Origin: Octopus vulgaris
Lineage: Eukaryota
DNA: 64,000 bases
Assembly (NCBI GenBank): GCA_951406725.2
Contig: OX597826.1
Coordinates: 5,828,001-5,892,000, forward strand
Reading direction: 5' to 3'
In this document: in pieces, positions 52,584 through 64,000 of the stretch
Layout: each line of letters opens with the position of its first letter
Position numbering within the stretch: position 1 is the stretch's first letter
Made by a program: the position numbers and the translations under genes
The notes under the pieces: model-generated
Told to the model about the DNA's origin: nothing
Database searches by the model: none
Seen by the model: the letters and a program-made list of their open reading frames with translations, nothing else

Positions 52584-53554
52584 TTAAGAGGTATGCGATA
52601 AAATATCTACTTTGCTTCAATTTGAAATTTTGCTCTCGGTGTTCAAATGATTTCTGAGTCAAAAGATATTTTGCGCATTATTGTTATTAAGCGAGGGTCA
52701 AACATGATAAAGCTGATTTATTAGATAAAGTCGTTTTAGATGTGACGGACTGTATGTATTCTGTGCTGCAATTCGGTGAGTGTTTGCTCGTATTTCTAAC
52801 AGTTTGGGTGACTATTTATCGCGTCAGAAGTTGTCTCATGTTATTGTGATAACAGAGAACAATAGCTTTCAGCAATCTACATACCCACACACATGTATAT
52901 TTGTAGCAATCTATTCATCTGCCTATGCATGTAATATACTTACATGCACACAAGCACCATTACACAGATACAGACAGGCACACACACACATATACAAACA
53001 TACACAAACGCACACATGTTTATATTTTGGTCGATAGCTGTGTCAAGCAGTGTTGATGGAAAACAACTTCGATTACATCAGCTATTGAAATGTTATACAT
53101 AACAACATTTTGAGACGATCTCACTCGACCAAATATGGCTACTTGTCACTACAAATTAGGACTCGCCAAAGCAAACGAATAACAAAAGTATTTAGAGTTT
53201 CCTAGGTAGTTTCAGATATCTTAGTTAGAAATTCAATTAAATATTCTCGGCAGTTTCAGGCTGCGACTGTGAGAGTTGTGTGCCTGATGCAGCGCACATT
53301 TTATTTATATTATTTGTTCTTTCTTCAGTCTGTAAATTTTCAGCGAATGTACAAATCATTCGATTTAGGGGAAAATGGACATTTGTCTCGCAGGCTGAAT
53401 CGGTGTGTTCTTGTATAGGAAAAAAAAAAGTTTTTAAATAAGAAATAAAAGTTGCGTAACCTTCAACGACCAGTATATGTAACATCAAGAAATGCCTTAA
53501 AGTAATTTCGGAATACTAACATATTATTCTGCTGCAGTAACTTGTGGGTTATCA

Positions 53555-53614
<60 letters not shown>

Positions 53615-53615
53615 C

Positions 53616-53679
<64 letters not shown>

Positions 53680-53680
<1 letters not shown>

Positions 53681-54013
53681 GCATGGCACAGTGGTTAGAG
53701 CGTCGAGCTTATGGTCGTGAGGTCGTGAGCTCGAATTCCGTACCGTGCTGCGTGTTGTGTTCTTGAGCAAGGCACTTTATTTCACGTTGGTCCAGTTCAC
53801 TCAGCTGTAGAAATGAGTGGCGACGTCACAGGTGCCAAGCTGTATCGGCCCCTTTTGCCTTTCCCTTGGATAACACTGGTGGCGTGGAGAGGGGAGGCCT
53901 GTATGTATGGGCGACTGCTGGTCTTCCATAAAACAACATTACCCGGACTTGTGCCTGGGAAGGTAACGTTCTAGGTGCAATCCCATGGTCAGTGCCGTGA
54001 CCGAAGGGGGTCT
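53680..54013 (+). mobile_element. SINE family D
   Basis: 'gcatggcacagtggttagagcgtcg...gagcaaggcactttatttcacgttgg...gaccgaagggggtc'; embedded in (TAC)n. Confidence 0.9.
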
Positions 54014-54874
54014 CAGACAAACTACTACTACTACTACTACTGCTACTACCACCACCACCGCCGCCACCGCCACCACTACCACCACCACCACCACCACCAC
54101 CACCACCACAACTAACTACTACTACTACTTCTACTTCATTTTCGCTGTGATTATTATTTTAATTGGAAGTCGTATTAGTAGGAGCGGTAGTAGTTGTTGT
54201 TGTGGTATAAATAAGAGCAAAAGCAACAGCAATCACCCAAACACACCATCATGAAGCACGACATCAGCAAATTTGCTATCGACAGTCTCAGTAGTATTCG
54301 GTAAACCAAAGCCATTGTTCACGAAGAGAAGCTTAGTAGACAAGACAAGGAATCTATTCAGAATATTTAATGTGAGTGAATTGTTTTAAGAATTTCGAAA
54401 TGAAAATTCTTGAGAAAACTCTTTGATCGTTCCTTAGAAAGTTAATTCTAAATCCGGATTAGAAATACTGAAACAAAGTAGTTTTTTTCCACCTTTTCTT
54501 GAGTCAATATGTTCCAAATATGAGCGGCTTGTGTACATCCACGGACTGACTGGCGTGTAAATAAGAAAACTTACCCAACACCTGTAGGTCACTAAAACAG
54601 CACATTGTTGATATCAAACTCTGAATTGCTTTGACGTGTATTCAGCTAATCGCGATCCAGATCGAGTGATTGTGCGGTAAATCTGTACCAAAAATTTAGA
54701 CATTGAAGTAAGTGAAAAAAATCCTATCTAAAGCTGGAAACTAGGTCAGTGGTCTGAAATGTGAGATTCAAAGTTGTTAAAGCTTAGAGAAGGCGAATTC
54801 ATCAATAAGTTCATTATTCACGACTGTTGTCGAACTTAAAAATACTACCGGCCAGAAATTATTATTATTATTAT

Positions 54875-55420
54875 TGAGTGAATGAATGCCATCAAAGTGA
54901 AACTGGGGTAAAATATGCGAAGCCCAGTATACCCATCATGACTACCCGTCTGATAAGAGTACACCAGGCACATGCATCACAATCCGGGACACGGTGATCT
55001 CTTATCAAGATAAACAGCGCATGACATTGCAGGTAGGGCCCAGTTAGAATTTTCTTCTGGTCGATTAGCCCATCCCACTCAAAAAGTTTTAGAATAAGGA
55101 TAGTATAAGGTTGTTGAACGAAACACTCACGTTTCCAAAGGTGAATTATCCAAACTTCCAAGAATTCCTTTCAACACACAGCTATGATGCTTCCCCCACT
55201 ACTTCTGTTCATGGCCAGAGATGCACATATCGTCAGCCACTAACGGACATGCTCAACTGGTTAAGGCCAAACAACTGACAAACAAATCTGTGGTATTGAG
55301 CAGAGTATTTGCTGTAACCCATCTTTTATACCAAGACAAAACAATGTACATGATAACAGTTCCAATCAGTTAAGATCAGAAGCCATGAGAGCAACTGTCT
55401 TGTACTGCATCGGGGCATTT
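54875..55420 (-). mobile_element. Unclassified ~545-bp element between (TTA)n tracts, probably a non-autonomous or 3' retroelement piece
   Basis: GC-richer complex block sharply bounded by TTA triplets; single copy in the window; no recognisable ORF; strand inferred from (TAA)n orientation. Confidence 0.4.
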
Positions 55421-55469
55421 ATTATTGTTGTTACTTTTATTGTTATTAATATTATTATTATTATTATAT

Positions 55470-55535
<66 letters not shown>

Positions 55536-55539
55536 TTAT

Positions 55540-55865
55540 TATACCTTCACTCTGTGCATAAGGCATTTTGTTCCTGGTTTTATACTTTCTATTGTTTTAA
55601 CAATATTCTACGTAGTAATATCAGTGTAATAATTACTAATACTATTTTTAGTGTGCTGTACATATTTGCCAATCCTGGACTTTTACTTGTGTATTCGTCA
55701 GCATATTTTTTTTTTAATATTATTCCCAAGACACCTATTAATATAAGTATTGTTTCTGATTTCATTTTCCACATTTTAGTAATCTTAATTTCTATATATC
55801 CGTATCTGGCTCACTTCTTCATTTCTTTTAAGAATAGGTTATCGCCCCTTGGGACCTATATATTC
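55540..55865 (-). mobile_element. Old R4/Dong subfamily 1 3' fragment
   Basis: IEIKITKMWKMKSETILILIGVLG...ILLRRILL is homologous to LEIEVTRMWNLKTETIPII...HILRRTL at 22.3-22.5 kb. Confidence 0.75.
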
Positions 55866-56825
55866 AATTGAATGACATAATTAAGACTCACTCCAAATGT
55901 TCATTCATCGTTTTACAACTGAAATATCTCACTACATTTTATAATTAATTCCTATCTTAAATTTCACACTTTACATCCATCTATTACACAAATTTCCCAT
56001 ATCAGTATTTAATACAACAGCCTTTCTCCATTTTTATTTTTTGGCTTCCACGACACTCTTCTTCTTTCTTTTATGCTATCGCTATTGTTTCTCTTATAAG
56101 TACTTGACTTATAATATTTCATTCCTAAAATCATAATATATATTACATTACAGATATATTCGATAGTTCTTTCTTGTCAACTTTGCTTATTTTCTCCAAC
56201 TTACAATCAAATACAACTCAATTCACTTTCTTAAAACTTCATTCTGAACTTGTATGTATCCATCTATCTCTCCCCACTCTCCCCGCTCTCTCTCTTTTTT
56301 TTCTCTCTCTCTCGCTTTCACTTACTCACTCACTCACTATCTCTGCCTTTCTCTCTAACTCTCTCTCTTTCTCCTCATGCAGAGCAACGATATGTGGAAT
56401 GAAGAGAAGAAGATATCCATACTTCTCCGTATCCATACCCAGTCATCTTGACCTGGTCATGCCACGGTATAAACTATAGAGGTTGGTCATATTACAATGA
56501 AAATTTACCCCGACCCCCCCACACACACACTCACACGACTTAGATGTTGGAGGTTTATTCGGTAGGTTCAAAAGGATGAGGTTTTTGTTTGAAACGTCTA
56601 GTGGAAAACTATGACGGAAGGGGAAAGAATTGAAGTTTCAAGCTAATTGAAGTTAAAGCAAGCAGGTACAAAATAAGCAAAAACCAAAATTACAAACATC
56701 TGAACACCTGCAGCTTAACTATCTATCAATTTGTCGGGTTCTTCAAGCCCACAAATACAAATACGGTCAACCACACATATGCACACACACATATTTATAT
56801 ATAAATATGTATGTATGAATGTATG

Positions 56826-56884
<59 letters not shown>

Positions 56885-56915
56885 GTGTGTGTTTATGTAT
56901 ATATGTATATATACA

Positions 56916-57095
56916 CAGGGTGTGGTGAATAAAATGTCGTCTAAATTACGCAAAAATCAAAATAACACTAACATCTCATTTTAACAGATTACATAAAAAT
57001 ATCTTGAAATACAAAAGAGTAAATTTCTTCAATAAAATCGCCTTTTGCTTCGATCACAGCCTTGAGACGACTTCAGAGTCTCCTGCAACTCTTCT
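56916..57095 (-). mobile_element. DD37D/maT 3'-end fragment with TIR
   Basis: TIR 'cagggtgtggtgaataaaatgtcgtctaaattacg' matches the reverse complement of 37621-37655; minus strand SRLKAVIEAKGDFIE. Confidence 0.85.
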
Positions 57096-58117
57096 TTGTT
57101 TATATATATATAAATATATATATATATACATATTGTTGTCTGTGAGTGTGTGTATATGTTTATGTATGTACATACTCATATATATATATATGTATATGAA
57201 TATGATTATATATATATACACACATACACACACATATATGCATATATGTAGGTATACACATATACATATTTGTGTCTAGAAGCACAACACATCTATAGTT
57301 CTACATAGACATGCAAGGTTATATATAATTAGTTGGATGATAACGATCGTTAAGGTTTTATATATACTGACCAAAGACGTAAATAAAGTCGAACAATTTA
57401 ATGTAAAAAAAAAGGTATAAAGAGTTACAAGTGTCGGATAAGAAAGATCAGTGATAAAATTTTCAAGCGGATAGAATTTAAGGAGATAAATAAAAACATG
57501 GTTTAAGGGATTATTGTGCACTAAAAAAGAAAAGAACAGAGAAATTCCAGAAATGTGTTGATCTGTTTGCTTCAATGTGAAAATTCTCCATCAAACTGTA
57601 TCTGTTTGCTTAAGTGAGTATGTGTATGCGTCCTTAATATAAAAAGATACGGTAAGAAAATAGTAATATCTGTCGAGAGAGTGTCGGGTACAAATCCAGT
57701 TTGAGAGCTTGTGCATCTCTGCAGGCAAACAGGATCTTCCGCAATTTAAAGTTGCTTCGTAGTTGAAAGAGCCTCCGGGTTTCCATTAGAATACGTTACA
57801 TCCACAAGTTTATTTCAATTGCGATTAATGAACGATGACCAACGAGCTGTCGAGACAAAAATAAATAAATAAATAAATAAAAATACAGTCAGTCACTAGC
57901 TTAATGCTGGATTATGGCTTTGAGCTTCTCATACTAACCAAACTCACAGTTGAAATCATGACGTCATCTCACAAACTTTGGCAAGGTAGTGAGGAAAAGA
58001 AAAGCCTGACATTTTAGAAATAAACAACTCACTACACACACACACACACACACACGCACATAAACACACACACACACATAAACACACACACACACATTTA
58101 TATTTATATATATATAT

Positions 58118-58749
58118 ATTTCTTTATTGCCCACAAGGGCTAAGGATAGAAGGGACAAACAAGAACAGACAAACAGATTAAGTCGATCACATCGACCCAG
58201 TGCGCAACTTGTACTTAATTTATCGACCCCGAAAGGATGAAAGGCAAAGTGAATCTCGGCGGAATTTGAACTCAGAACGTAACGGCAGACGAAATACCGC
58301 TAAGCATTATCGCCTGACATGCTAACTTTTTTAATTTCTTTATTGCCCACAAAGGGTTAAACATAGAGGGGACAAACAAGGCCAGACAAATGGATTAAGT
58401 CGATTACATCGACTCCAGTGCGTAACTTGTACTTATTTAATCGACCACGAAAGGATGAAAGGCAAAATCGGCCTCGGCTTAATTTGAACTCAGAACGTAG
58501 CGGCAGACGAATTACCTATTTCTATGTCTTTACTACCCACAAGTGGCTAAATTCAGAGGGGACAAACAATGACAGACAAACGGATTAAGTCGATTACAAC
58601 GACCCCAGTGCGTAACTGGTACTTATTTTATCGACAGTGAGAGAATGAAATGCATAGTCGACCTCGGCGGAATTTGAACCCAGAACGTAACAGCAGACAA
58701 ACTACCGCCAAGCATTTCGCCCGGCGTGTTTACGATTCTGCCAGCTCGC
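58118..58749 (-). mobile_element. SINE family A trimer
   Basis: Three units in the same order as 16508-17135. Confidence 0.92.
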
Positions 58750-58820
58750 ATGGCTACAGCTCGTGGGCTGAAACTAGAATCAATCAATCAATCATATATA
58801 TATATATATATATATATATA

Positions 58821-59053
58821 ACGGTAAGCTTTATGAAAATAGACAAAAGACGAAGGCAGGTTTACGGAAATAAACAAAAGACGAAGGCAGGTGGAATACA
58901 AACAAACAATTGTATTAGTATGGCGCTCAGGAAATATAAATGAAACAAGTCTTTAACGTTTCGAGCCTACGCTCTTCAACAGAAAGATACACAGAGAAAA
59001 AAAAACACAGAAAGAAGGAGAGAAAAAAATATGCGTGCAAAAGCTAGCGAATC
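58821..59053 (-). mobile_element. Repeat family P copy with a minimal hammerhead-like motif (58950-58987)
   Basis: Minus strand TCTTT-CTGTTGA-A-GAGCgtagGCTC-GAAA-CG-T-T-AAAGA; abuts (TA)n; internal ~25-bp duplication. Confidence 0.7.
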
Positions 59054-60059
59054 AACTCTCACACACATGCACAGATAGACAGGCACTCACACATACATAC
59101 AAACACGCACATACCCTTACATATATATATATTCAATAAGATAACAGGGTAATGCAGTTTGTAGGATAGGTTGGAAGGAAGATGAGAATAAATGAAATAG
59201 AATTGAATGAATTAAAATTAAACGGGATAAGAAACAATGAAGTGGGGAAATGAAAGAAAGCAAAACAACGTGAAACGATAAATGCTATAATAACGTGAGT
59301 GGAGCACAAGAAAGTTCAACTGATTTCCTGTAGTAGGTTGGCGGATATTTTTTTTCTTTTTTGTTTTCAAAGATTAGAGACATAAAATCTTTATAGGCTC
59401 ATGGGTTTCAAAGGTTAAAATGTTTTAATTTTTCTTTTTAAGTTTTGAAAGTTTAAGGATCTATAAAAGGTTTGTGGAAATAGCAGTAGGTATAAATATT
59501 GATAGGTAGGTAGATTGATCGGCAGGCAGATAAATGGCTTAACAGCTAGTTAGACCGACAGATACACCAATCGATATTTCTGTGTATGTGTGCGCTCGTG
59601 TGTGTGTGGAGCTATATATATATATATATATATATATACTTTTGGCTCGCTGCGCTGGACGGTACGCCGCATTATACCAAGAAAATGTCGATGACAACTT
59701 TCTCCCGATCTGCTACAGGACAAGGCGACTGGGTTCCACAGTGTCTTGAACAACTGGGAGCAAAACATCCACTTCGACATAAAATATCCTACTGCAAATG
59801 TACTGTATTGTGTTTCTTATTGATCAATTTGATGAGGTTGTATCTGGTAATGAAACCACGGGACTTCTGTTGTGTGATGGAGAATCGTAGGAAACTAAAT
59901 GATTGCGTGGTTATGTTATGAAATCTACATCAGTTAAGGACCTGCCAATATGGTCTTTCAAGTGTGTCAAATTGGTTACAATAGTCTCTAAGGAGGAGAT
60001 ACATAGCCCGACAGAGACTGTCGAGGATAATGTGCTGGTTTATGGTAGGCAACATTCTT

Positions 60060-60960
60060 AGAATTATGTAGGAGATATATACGAGCGTAGATGGTCTATC
60101 GGGAATTTCTTGGCGATATTCGTCCAGGAACTGTTTGAATATTACGAACTCTTTCTTATTTGCTTATGTGTCTTAGAACGTAAGTGTCAGTTAAGATGAA
60201 ATATATATGTCTTAATGTTGTTGTGTTTAAATAGATCAGTCTTAGTGTGGTGGAGTGATGGCAGTATGATTTTCGTGGAGGACGAATGCCGCGGGGATCA
60301 AGACGTGTGAATTTTAAAGTTGATGCCAACCTCACTTGGGCGACGGTGTCAGAATATTTTGTACATCAAAAAATGTTATGGCGCTCGCAGCGGCGTTGGA
60401 ACGAATAACGTTTGAACGTCTCCAGATGATCCCAATAATCAAAATGTCATGTTGTCTATTTTTCTTGTAATCGATCCCTAGGTGCTCGAATTTTAATAAT
60501 ATTTTGTTTTATAAAGAGAGACGACCGCCGACAACGGTATTCAAAATGAAGATGGGGGAAGGTGGAAAAGAGATGAATAATGGTAGAGGCAACTCTAGAC
60601 CGAAAAGCCCTGAGGATTCAGGAAAACCCACTTCGTGTCATGTGCACTTTGTTGCTAATATGACAACTCTAGCTTAAGGTGTTGTCGATGGTTATTCCGA
60701 CGGCCCTAGCAGTGTTTGATGCTGCGAGGTTTTCGCTCGTGGGAAGCCTATATGATAACTTAAGTGCAGCCTCTTCATCGAAGTGGATTAATACAAATAT
60801 ATTCTCTTTTATCTGCATACTGTGTTCTTCCTCCCACCAGATAATGGCAGTCAGATCCGATTGGAGATTAGATATGTCTCCTGCCCTAACGGTGATCTTC
60901 AGAAGCTTAGAGATATTTCGGAAAATTTTAATGGGACTGTATCTGTCTGTCTGCATATTA
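60060..60960 (-). mobile_element. CR1-type LINE remnant (RT C-terminal part)
   Basis: [83 protein letters not shown]. Confidence 0.8.
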
Positions 60961-60974
60961 CTCTCTTTCTCTAA

Positions 60975-61060
<86 letters not shown>

Positions 61061-61066
61061 CATATA

Positions 61067-61111
<45 letters not shown>

Positions 61112-61135
61112 AATACGTGTATATATATATATGAT

Positions 61136-61328
61136 AGATCGTTAGCCACGACACACATTTTTTTCTCTCCTTGTTTCTCTCCTTGTTTTTTTCTGTGTCC
61201 CTTTGTGTATAAGAGCGTAGGCTCGAAATGTAAAAGACTTTTTCTATTCCTGAGCGTTATACTAATACATATGTTTGTTTTGTACACCACATGTCTTCGT
61301 CTCTTGTTTTTTTCGTAAACTCTCCCTA
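61136..61328 (+). mobile_element. Repeat family P copy between (TA)n arrays
   Basis: Matches the reverse complement of 58821-59053 ('aagagcgtaggctcgaaatgtaaaagactt...ttcctgagcg..atactaataca'). Confidence 0.75.
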
Positions 61329-62424
61329 TATATATACATACACATATATATACATACACATATATATGTATATATATACACACTCACACATACACACACG
61401 CGCATATATATATATTTATATATATATATATATATATTCACGATATATACGAGTGTGGAGTCGTATGGGCAACGAGAGTGAAACAATGAAGACAGCAAAA
61501 GAATGATATAAAAGATATTTAACCGATTTTTACTTAAATTATATCATACGTTGGAAATATCTGAATTCCCTTGATTCGTTTTCTGTTTACAGTAACACTA
61601 AATTCAAACAAATATTTGTCTTCTCTGCATTACATAATTTATTCCACCGAGATTTGAAAGAATAATCCATTATAATTAAATTTTCCTTTGATAAGATTTG
61701 ATGTCTTTTTTATCTGAATGCAGTAATTACATATTTGTCATGTTTAACTTCTTAGTAGTTTCTGTTTAAATTTGATATTTAGTGCCATGTTTTATGCATT
61801 ATATTGATGAAATTTGTTTTTGTCTACAGCGTGGCTCCATTTACAATTCTGTTCTGCAATGTTTCACATTCTGTAATAGTGTATTGTTTTATAAATATAA
61901 GGCTACCAAAATATCCTTGAATAAGCAGTAAGATTGAAAATGTTCGAAATGAGGACAAAGCTTTATGCACAATATTTCGTAACATATTTAACTTTCCATG
62001 TGAAAACTACCGGAAGTGCCACTGAATGATATCGAATTCAGTTGGAACAGTTTAATGTTCAAATTTCTTTCATATTCTTGAAAGAGGGAGGCTGACATTT
62101 TGAATGTAAAATTTTTGCAGACTTCGCACAAGATGTATGTCGTGCCCCCGAAATTAGATTTGAGAACATTGTGATCCGTTTGCTAAAAAAGCACATATAC
62201 ATTTTAATGTATTGAAAAATAGTAAAGCGATATATAATTGTGATTTCAATCGATAAAGTACCACAATCTCTGATTAAATATGCTGTGTATCGGCTTTGCT
62301 TTGCCGTTACTCTTTCACTGCAAAATTTCCTTCAGTCAATCGTTCTTTGAAAGGAATCGAAATATCTGGATCTGAGTTCCTGTGTATTATATCACGCAGC
62401 TATTGATACTGAATTCAAAATTAA

Positions 62425-62465
<41 letters not shown>

Positions 62466-63730
62466 TATATAAATGTTTGTGTGTGAGGGGTGATTGTATG
62501 TGTGTGTAATTGTGTGTGTGTATGTGATTGTGTGTGCATGTATTTTTGTGTGCGCGTGAGTGTAGGTGTGAGGGTGTATGTATAAAATCCAGTATGCAAA
62601 ATGATTCAAAGAAGTGTTTAGATTTCATATCCATTTCGAATTGATTTATAAAAAAAAAATATCTTCCATTCTCTGTATCCAAATGAATATTAACTAAAAC
62701 AAGACTAATTATATTTGAAATAAAGTACCCAATGTTCTGTTCATTCGAAAATATCTTAGCGATGACAAGTATTTACTGAATATCAGGTCTCTGTAAAGAA
62801 ATGCCTATTTTTATGCTTCACGTGTTAGCTTTTAATAATATTTTATTTGCTTTATCATATACAGTATTGAGTAGATCAATTCTTTCTGATATAAAGTCAT
62901 CAGAATTATATTCTAAACCATATAAAAGCTCCTTTTAACATAGTCACAGCGAACATAACATCTACTGGTACACAGTTTTCCAATGGGTATTATGTAGAGA
63001 TCCTTGTAAACGTGTAAGTACATTAATGGGCTTGGCAATTTACAAATATCAGAAGCCAAAACATGTACACCTATAGCTGTAAGTCATTTGTATATATATT
63101 TTTATGTCAGGTTGGTGGTAATCTTCGAAAGCTATTAATAGAAACGATAAAGATAATAATAATATAAATTTCTTTGAGTGTGAATAATGTAGATAGTAAT
63201 GCAACTATCAGACGAGTCCTTCTATAGAGTTAGACAATAAATAAGTACTGGTAATGCAAAGCACTCGATTCCATTGACTATGGTCTAACATAAAAGTTTG
63301 AAAGAGTGTGCAACGTATGCTTCACAGGTCAACATTTAAAAAAAAATGCTCCATTTATTGATTGGTGCAGTATTCAATTGATAGCAATATTCTACATTTT
63401 TGTAAAATAATGCCTGTTTCATTGATTGAGCAGGGATAATATCGTATATGGCGGCTTTAATAATGGACAACAGCCGCCCTGTGAACCATTGGAGTATGGT
63501 ACTACTTGCTACAGCTCATATGGCGCGTAGTGAATTTCATTCCGTCTGGACATCTAACATTCCAACAAAAAATTTCCAGAGGAATGGTCTCGATTGTTTG
63601 ATGCATAAAATATGCGCTTATTGGTGTAAATAAGTATGTATACATGTGCATGCGTTCAATGGTGTATGCCTTTGTTGCGCAGGTATGATGCTATGAGTGT
63701 CTTAGCGAGTTAAACTGTGGATGTGTATGA

Positions 63731-63776
<46 letters not shown>

Positions 63777-64000
63777 ATAACGAAGATAACTTGTGTATCG
63801 AAATTTTTAGACTTTATTAATGTATTGCCACATCCGTTTCTTCATCCCACAAATTGTGAAGACACTTTCCCACCAATAGAATGTCATAATATATTATTTA
63901 TAATATTGAGCATACTTCTATTCAACAGGAAGTAGCCGACAAGAAGTATTGGAGCTTTTAGTAGCACTTACAGAGGCGTTTACCCTGAACGAGTTACAAG

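Noticed and set aside
55365-55415. Short resemblance to U2 snRNA words
   Set aside because: Only short scattered matches, not colinear with U2.

Overview
AT-rich, repeat-saturated animal DNA with no recognisable host protein-coding gene; nearly all supplied ORFs are microsatellite artefacts. The repeat content suggests an Octopus (coleoid cephalopod) intronic or intergenic region; this is recognition from memory, not a search result. Contents: four tRNA-derived SINE families (labelled A-D here), two subfamilies of R4/Dong-type non-LTR retrotransposons sitting in (TAA)n, a CR1-type LINE remnant, decayed DNA transposons (hAT Charlie/SPIN-like, Tc1, mariner MITEs, DD37D/maT) and many di/tri/tetranucleotide arrays. 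Most notable: (1) a ~250-bp palindrome at 15.2-15.46 kb carrying two divergent minimal type I hammerhead ribozyme motifs around a TATA-like spacer, plus further dispersed hammerhead-like motifs of Penelope type; (2) SINE A occurring as a fixed-order trimer; (3) one SINE head joined to four different 3' ends; (4) an inverted-repeat element enclosing a tRNA-like pol III promoter; (5) an in-frame poly-Glu microsatellite inside a Dong ORF. Boundaries of decayed repeats are approximate (about +/-20 bp).
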